From NCBI GenBank assembly GCA_039638295.1, contig JBDIWJ010000046.1:1-11494 (forward strand): a stretch of DNA of 11,494 nt. Direction: 5' to 3'. The notes beneath the pieces are model-generated. The model was given only the letters and a program-made list of their open reading frames with translations. It did no database searches and was not told the DNA's origin. The DNA comes from Candidatus Phoenicimicrobium oleiphilum (GTDB lineage Bacteria; Atribacterota; Phoenicimicrobiia; Phoenicimicrobiales; Phoenicimicrobiaceae). Below are positions 6,507-11,494 of the stretch, piece by piece (within the stretch, counting starts at the first letter, position 1; every line of letters begins with the position of its first letter). Position numbers and translations under genes: made by a program.

Positions 6507-7079
6507 ATGGAAAAACTAATCGAAGTGCGTTGGCATGGTAGAGGTGGACAAGGAGCAGTCACTGCCTCAAAATTATTAGCTACCTCAGCACTTGCCGAAG
6601 ACATGTATATTCAGGCCTTTCCTGAATATGGACCCGAAAGGATGGGTGCTCCCATCCAGGCTTTTACTCGCATAAGTAAAACACCTATTAAAATTCACTG
6701 TCATGTGGCTAATCCCAGCATAGTAGTAGTATTAGACCCTACCTTGTTAGGGGTAGTAGATGTAACTGACGGATTGACTGAAGACGGAGTTCTGATAGTA
6801 AATACTGATGAGACACCAGCCCAGATAAGAGAGAAATTAAAATTAAAAGGGAGAAAGGTCTATACTGTAGATGCCAGTAAAATTGCCCAGGAGACTTTAG
6901 GAAGACCTTTACCTAATACTCCCTTAATTGGAGCTTTAATAAAAGCTACTGGATTACTGTCATTGGAGAGTGTCTTAGCTGATATTGAGGATAAGTTTAA
7001 AGGTAAATTTAGCTCTAAGATTGTAGAAGGTAACCTTGAGGCTATCAAAAGAGCTTATCAGGAGGTGAAGGGAGAATGA
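6507..7079 (+). CDS. porC: Pyruvate/2-oxoacid:ferredoxin oxidoreductase gamma subunit
   Basis: EVRWHGRGGQGAVTA, FPEYGPERMGAP, VVLDPTL, PNT. SD AGGAGG. Confidence 0.92.
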   Translation: MEKLIEVRWHGRGGQGAVTASKLLATSALAEDMYIQAFPEYGPERMGAPIQAFTRISKTPIKIHCHVANPSIVVVLDPTLLGVVDVTDGLTEDGVLIVNTDETPAQIREKLKLKGRKVYTVDASKIAQETLGRPLPNTPLIGALIKATGLLSLESVLADIEDKFKGKFSSKIVEGNLEAIKRAYQEVKGE

Positions 7080-7375
7080 GTAATACAAAAAATTTAGGTT
7101 GGAAGGAGATCCCAGAAGGAGGATTGATTATAGAAGCGGGAAATGCCGCTAAATATGAAACTGGTTCCTGGAGGTCAGTAAGACCAGTAAGGGATGAGAA
7201 GAAATGCACCAATTGTCTAATCTGCTGGGTTTACTGTCCTGATTCATCCATATTAGTTTCTGATGGAAAGATAAAGAATATTGATTATTCTCATTGTAAA
7301 GGCTGTGGAATATGTGCCACAGAATGTCCAGTAAAAGCCATTGAAATGGTAGATGAAAAAGAGTTTAACAAATAG
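7076..7375 (+). CDS. porD: Pyruvate/2-oxoacid:ferredoxin oxidoreductase delta subunit (2x[4Fe-4S])
   Basis: TGSWR..RP, CTNCLICWVYCP and CKGCGICATECP. ATGA overlap with the gamma-subunit stop. Confidence 0.93.
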   Translation: MSNTKNLGWKEIPEGGLIIEAGNAAKYETGSWRSVRPVRDEKKCTNCLICWVYCPDSSILVSDGKIKNIDYSHCKGCGICATECPVKAIEMVDEKEFNK

Positions 7376-7388
7376 AAAGGAGGAAAAA

Positions 7389-8573
7389 ATGAGTAAAAAA
7401 ATCACTGCTTTAACTGGAAATGAAGCTGTAGCTTATGCTATAAAGCAAATAAACCCAGATGTAATGGCTGCTTATCCCATCACTCCTCAGACTGCTTTAG
7501 TGCAAAAGTTTTCTGAGTATGTAGCTGATGGTCTGGTAGATACCGAATTTATCACGGTGGAGAGTGAACACAGTGCTATGAGTGCCTGTGTAGGGGCAGC
7601 AGCTGCTGGGGGGAGAGTTATGACTGCTACCTCAGCCAATGGTCTGGCCTTAATGTTTGAGATAGTCTATATTGCTGCCTCTAACCGTTTACCCATTGTT
7701 ATGTCGGTGGTAAATCGAGCTTTATCTGCTCCTATCAATATCCATTGTGACCATAGTGATACTATGGGTGCTCGGGATTCCGGTTGGATTCAGCTCTATT
7801 CTGAGAATGCTCAAGAGGCCTATGATAATACCATCCAGGCTATAAGAATTGCTGAGCATATGGAAGTTAGACTTCCGGTAATGGTAATGCAGGATGGTTT
7901 TATCACCAGTCATGGTATTGATTGTGTAGAATTTATTGATGATGAAAAAGTAACTAAATTTATCGGAAAATATCAGCCTCGATATCCCCTGTTAGATGTG
8001 AATCATCCGGTAACTTATGGACCCTTAGATTTGTATGATTATTATTTTGAACATAAAAGACAACAGGCAGAGGCGATAAAGAAGTCCCAGAAAGTAGTAG
8101 TGGAAGTAGGGAATGAATTTAAACAGATTTCCGGAAGAGAATATGGACTCTTTGAAGAATATCATCTATCTGATGCTGAGAGGGCAATAGTAGCCCTATC
8201 TTCTACTGCTGGGACAGCTAAGCAAGTAGTAGACGAATTAAGGGCAAAGGGAGAAAAAGTAGGTCTATTAAAACTAAGATTGTTTAGGCCATTCCCTTAC
8301 CAGGAGATTATTCAAGCCCTTTCCCATTTAAAGGCTATTGCTATTTTGGATCGTTCTGATTCCTTTGGCGGATTTGGTGGACCATTATTTACGGAAATTA
8401 GATCAGCCCTTCTAGAATCAGAAAAGATTCCCCAGAATGTCAATTATATTTATGGTTTAGGGGGAAGAGATATCAATCAAGTAGATATAACTTCTATCTA
8501 TGCCGATTTAGAAAACATTGTCAAGAAGGGCAAAGTTGAAGAACGAATAAAATATCTTGGTGTAAGGGAATAA
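7389..8573 (+). CDS. porA: Pyruvate/2-oxoacid:ferredoxin oxidoreductase alpha subunit
   Basis: GNEAVA, AYPITPQT, ESEHSAM, TATSANGL, NRALSAP, RLFRPFP, YGLGGRD. Start moved to ATG 7389 after AGGAGG. Confidence 0.94.
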   Translation: MSKKITALTGNEAVAYAIKQINPDVMAAYPITPQTALVQKFSEYVADGLVDTEFITVESEHSAMSACVGAAAAGGRVMTATSANGLALMFEIVYIAASNRLPIVMSVVNRALSAPINIHCDHSDTMGARDSGWIQLYSENAQEAYDNTIQAIRIAEHMEVRLPVMVMQDGFITSHGIDCVEFIDDEKVTKFIGKYQPRYPLLDVNHPVTYGPLDLYDYYFEHKRQQAEAIKKSQKVVVEVGNEFKQISGREYGLFEEYHLSDAERAIVALSSTAGTAKQVVDELRAKGEKVGLLKLRLFRPFPYQEIIQALSHLKAIAILDRSDSFGGFGGPLFTEIRSALLESEKIPQNVNYIYGLGGRDINQVDITSIYADLENIVKKGKVEERIKYLGVRE

Positions 8574-8587
8574 GGGGGTGTTAAATA

Positions 8588-9511
8588 ATGGCTAATCTAA
8601 AAGAGTTATCAAAGAAAAAAGTACTTTTAACGGGGGGTCATCGGCTTTGTGCTGGTTGTGGTGCTTCTATTGTGGTAAGACAAATCCTTTCTAGTTTAGA
8701 TGACCCGGTAGTGGTGGGTAATGCTACTGGTTGTTTAGAAGTAGCTACTACCATATATCCATATACAAGTTGGAACTCTTCCTTTATCCATAATGCCTTT
8801 GAAAATGTGGCGGCTACCATAAGTGGAGCAGAGGCAATGTTCAGATCTTTAAAAAAACAAGGCAAAATCGATAAAGAAATTAAATTTGTAGCTTTTGGTG
8901 GTGATGGAGGTACTTATGATATAGGGATTCAATCTCTATCTGGGGCATTAGAAAGAGGGCACAATTTTGTCTATGTCTGTTATGATAATGAGGCTTATAT
9001 GAATACTGGTATACAGAGATCCAGTGCTACTCCCCGGGGGGCCTGGACCACCACTACTCCTGCAGGGAAAGTTATCCCCGGGAAGACTCAATATCGCAAA
9101 GACCTTACTGCTATAATAGCTGCTCATAATATTCCATATGTAGCTCAAGCGTCTATCTGGAGATGGAATGATCTGGTAGAAAAGGCTCGTAAGGCCTTCT
9201 ATACCGAAGGTCCGGCATTTCTTAATGTCCTTTCTCCCTGCCATCGAGGTTGGAGATTTAATATGAAAGATACAATAGAGATTGCAAAACTGGCAGTACA
9301 GACTAATTTCTGGCCTTTATATGAGGTAGAGAATGGAGTATGGAAATTAAATTATAAGCCCAAGGAAAGGAAACCTATTCGGGAGTGGATGGAAGCTCAG
9401 GGTAGATATAAACATCTCTTCAGACCAGAGAATGAACATATCATAAAAGAGATTCAAGAAGAGATAGATAAGAAGTGGGAGAAATTGCTAGTTATATGTG
9501 GAGAAAAGTAG
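8588..9511 (+). CDS. porB: Pyruvate/2-oxoacid:ferredoxin oxidoreductase beta subunit (TPP-binding)
   Basis: GHRLCAGCG, ATGCLEV, TPP motif GGDGGTYDIG...YDNEAYMNTG.QRS, SPC. Confidence 0.94.
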   Translation: MANLKELSKKKVLLTGGHRLCAGCGASIVVRQILSSLDDPVVVGNATGCLEVATTIYPYTSWNSSFIHNAFENVAATISGAEAMFRSLKKQGKIDKEIKFVAFGGDGGTYDIGIQSLSGALERGHNFVYVCYDNEAYMNTGIQRSSATPRGAWTTTTPAGKVIPGKTQYRKDLTAIIAAHNIPYVAQASIWRWNDLVEKARKAFYTEGPAFLNVLSPCHRGWRFNMKDTIEIAKLAVQTNFWPLYEVENGVWKLNYKPKERKPIREWMEAQGRYKHLFRPENEHIIKEIQEEIDKKWEKLLVICGEK

Positions 9512-9535
9512 ACTCTTTTTAAAGGGAATGGATTT

Positions 9536-9583
9536 TAACAAGAGTGTCGGGGGGATTTTACTCCCCTGACACTCTTGTATATT
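9536..9583. terminator. Long hairpin after porB: possible terminator or REP-like palindrome
   Basis: ACAAGAGTGTC-GGGGGG...TCCCCT-GACACTCTTGT, about 17-bp stem with two G-T pairs. It lacks a clear U-tract, so the terminator role is uncertain. Confidence 0.55.
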
Positions 9584-9649
9584 GCCACATCTTTAAAGTA
9601 AGTTTAGTGAGAATTTATTGGGTAGTAAATAGAAGAGAGAAATAATCAT

Positions 9650-9677
9650 TTGTTTTTATATTTTTTTCTATTATAAT
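9650..9677 (+). promoter_or_regulatory. Putative promoter for pdxST
   Basis: TTGTTT (9650-9655), 16 nt, TATAAT (9672-9677). Strong SD GAGAGGAGG before ATG 9717. Confidence 0.45.
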
Positions 9678-9716
9678 AATATATAAGATAAAACATCTGA
9701 GAGAGGAGGAAAATAG

Positions 9717-10601
9717 ATGATAGAAAAAGGTACTTATAGATTAAAAAAAGGTTTAGCCGAGATGTTAAAGGGTGGAGTAATAATGGATGTAGTAAGTGCT
9801 GAGCAAGCGAAAATTGCTGAAGAAGCAGGTGCAGTAGCAGTTATGGCTTTAGAAAGAGTCCCTGCTGATATTCGGGCAGCTGGTGGTGTAGCCCGAATGG
9901 CAGACCCTAAAATAATAAAAGAGATAATGAAAGCAGTATCTATTCCAGTAATGGCTAAGGTAAGAATTGGCCATTTTGTGGAAGCTCAGGTTTTGGAAGC
10001 TTTAGGTGTAGACTATATTGATGAGAGTGAAGTATTAACCCCTGCGGATGAAAAATATCATATAAATAAACATAATTTTAAAGTTCCTTTTGTTTGTGGC
10101 GCAAGAAATTTAGGTGAAGCCCTACGTAGAATAGGGGAAGGTGCAGCTATGATACGGACTAAGGGTGAGCCAGGAACAGGAAACATTGTAGAAGCAGTTA
10201 GACATATGCGTCAAGTTATGGATGAAATAAGAAAATTGAAAAATATGCCTAAAGAAGAATTAATGTCTATGGCAAAAGAATTAGGGGCCCCTTTTGAACT
10301 TTTGCAAGAAGTAGCTAAAAATGGAAGATTGCCGGTAGTAAATTTTGCTGCTGGAGGAATTGCTACTCCAGCTGATGCTGCCTTGATGATGCAGTTAGGA
10401 GCTGATGGAATATTTGTGGGTTCGGGAATATTTAAATCAAAAGACCCAGTAAAAAGGGCGAGAGCTATTGTAGAGGCTACTACTCATTACAATAATCCTG
10501 AAATTATTGCTAAAGTTTCGGAGGGCTTGGGAGAAGCCATGAAAGGTATAGAAATTTCTAAGATTGAAGCTGCCGCACGGATGCAAGATAGAGGTTGGTA
10601 A
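9717..10601 (+). CDS. pdxS: Pyridoxal 5'-phosphate synthase lyase subunit
   Basis: [65 protein letters not shown]-terminal RGW. Confidence 0.98.
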   Translation: MIEKGTYRLKKGLAEMLKGGVIMDVVSAEQAKIAEEAGAVAVMALERVPADIRAAGGVARMADPKIIKEIMKAVSIPVMAKVRIGHFVEAQVLEALGVDYIDESEVLTPADEKYHINKHNFKVPFVCGARNLGEALRRIGEGAAMIRTKGEPGTGNIVEAVRHMRQVMDEIRKLKNMPKEELMSMAKELGAPFELLQEVAKNGRLPVVNFAAGGIATPADAALMMQLGADGIFVGSGIFKSKDPVKRARAIVEATTHYNNPEIIAKVSEGLGEAMKGIEISKIEAAARMQDRGW

Positions 10602-10640
10602 AAAATACCTAATTAGAATAGAGAGGAGTTGCGAATTAGA

Positions 10641-11207
10641 TTGAAGGTTGGAGTACTATCTCTACAAGGAGCTGTAGAAGAGCATCTAAATATGGTAAGA
10701 AAATGTGGTTTTGAAGGGATTAAAGTAAAAACACCAGGAGATTTAGAAAAAGTTGAGAGGTTAATTATCCCTGGTGGTGAGAGCACTACTATTGGTAAAT
10801 TAGCAAAAATATATGGGTTAGACAAGGCAATTATTAAACGAGGACAGGAAGGAATGCCTATATTTGGTACCTGCGCTGGCATGATTTTATTAGCCAGAGA
10901 AATACAAGATAGTAACCAGATAAGGTTTGGCTTAATAGATATTTTAGTAGAAAGGAATGCCTTTGGAAGGCAAGTAGATAGTTTTGAAGCTGATTTAGAA
11001 ATTAAAGTGTTAACTGGAGAACCTTTTAGAGCAGTATTTATAAGAGCTCCTTATATCAAAAAAACAGGGAGTAAGGTAAAAATTTTAGCTAAACTTGATA
11101 GTAAAATTGTAATGGCCCAACAAGACAATATTTTGGTATCAGCTTTCCATCCAGAATTAACTGATGATTTAAGAATACATAAGTATTTTTTAAGTGAAAA
11201 TTATTAA
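10641..11207 (+). CDS. pdxT: Pyridoxal 5'-phosphate synthase glutaminase subunit
   Basis: GVLSLQGA, PGGESTT, GTCAG (catalytic Cys), RNAFGRQVDSFE, FIRAP, FHPE. Start set at TTG 10641 to match the usual MK(I/V)GVL N-terminus; TTG 10629 abuts the SD. Confidence 0.96.
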   Translation: MKVGVLSLQGAVEEHLNMVRKCGFEGIKVKTPGDLEKVERLIIPGGESTTIGKLAKIYGLDKAIIKRGQEGMPIFGTCAGMILLAREIQDSNQIRFGLIDILVERNAFGRQVDSFEADLEIKVLTGEPFRAVFIRAPYIKKTGSKVKILAKLDSKIVMAQQDNILVSAFHPELTDDLRIHKYFLSENY

Positions 11208-11357
11208 TTAGTTGTTAGTATATTATATCGCGTATCGCGTGAAGAAAATAAGAATTCAGGGTAGGGGCATGATGAATCGTGCTCAAAGTAGGACTAAGCT
11301 AAATGCTATACGTTGTTTAATATTCTGAATAATGACTTCTGGCTTCTGAATTCTATT
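11207..11357. repeat. Mosaic repeat tract: inverted partial 33-mer, GTAG hairpin, heptamer array
   Basis: ATTAGTTGTTAGTATA (11207-11222) is 15/16 identical to the reverse complement of the 33-mer end. GTAG-GGGCATGAT-GA-ATCGTGCTC at 11261-11284. TTCTGAA-like x5 at 11323-11357. Confidence 0.65.
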
Positions 11358-11401
11358 TTTTAACAAGATTCGATTCCGGGATACAACATAAGAATGCCCT
11401 C

Positions 11402-11430
11402 TTGATTTTTCCCTCAAATTATACTATAAT
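11402..11430 (+). promoter_or_regulatory. Sigma70/sigmaA promoter for a gene beyond the window
   Basis: TTGATT (11402-11407), 17 nt, TATAAT (11425-11430). Confidence 0.65.
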
Positions 11431-11494
11431 AACATTGCCACAAAAGAGTAAATTTCTTTTAAAAATTAGCAAGAACCCCTTGACAAGGTTCTGT

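Noticed and set aside
9512..9716. Riboswitch or T-box leader upstream of pdxS
   Set aside because: No recognisable aptamer or T-box motif. The only structure is the palindrome, which lies upstream of the putative promoter.
3937..10882. Antisense ORFs inside dnaX, porC, porA, porB and pdxT
   Set aside because: They lie essentially opposite well-supported conserved genes and have no recognisable motifs.

Overview
AT-rich bacterial chromosomal window made mostly of housekeeping genes. It holds a standalone, sequence-divergent murD (- strand), then a + strand block: tRNA-Arg(ACG), tadA, tRNA-Ser(CGA), tRNA-Ser(GGA), large Alu-type SRP RNA, dnaX, ybaB, recR, a four-subunit pyruvate/2-oxoacid:ferredoxin oxidoreductase (gamma-delta-alpha-beta), and pdxS-pdxT. 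Gene content points to an anaerobe with Firmicutes/Thermotoga/Atribacterota-like gene order (inference only). The least explained DNA is intergenic. Two diverged direct copies of a modular repeat (about 1608-2113 and 2762-2998) flank the tRNA-Arg(ACG)+tadA unit. Each is built from 8-mer and 7-mer periodic arrays, an inverted-repeat-bounded core with a GTAG-REP-like hairpin, and an exact 33-bp block. Pieces of the same family recur after porB (a palindrome with compensatory base changes) and, inverted, after pdxT. This suggests a dispersed non-coding REP/MITE-like or structured-RNA system whose mobilising gene is not in the window. All alignments and folds were done by eye.
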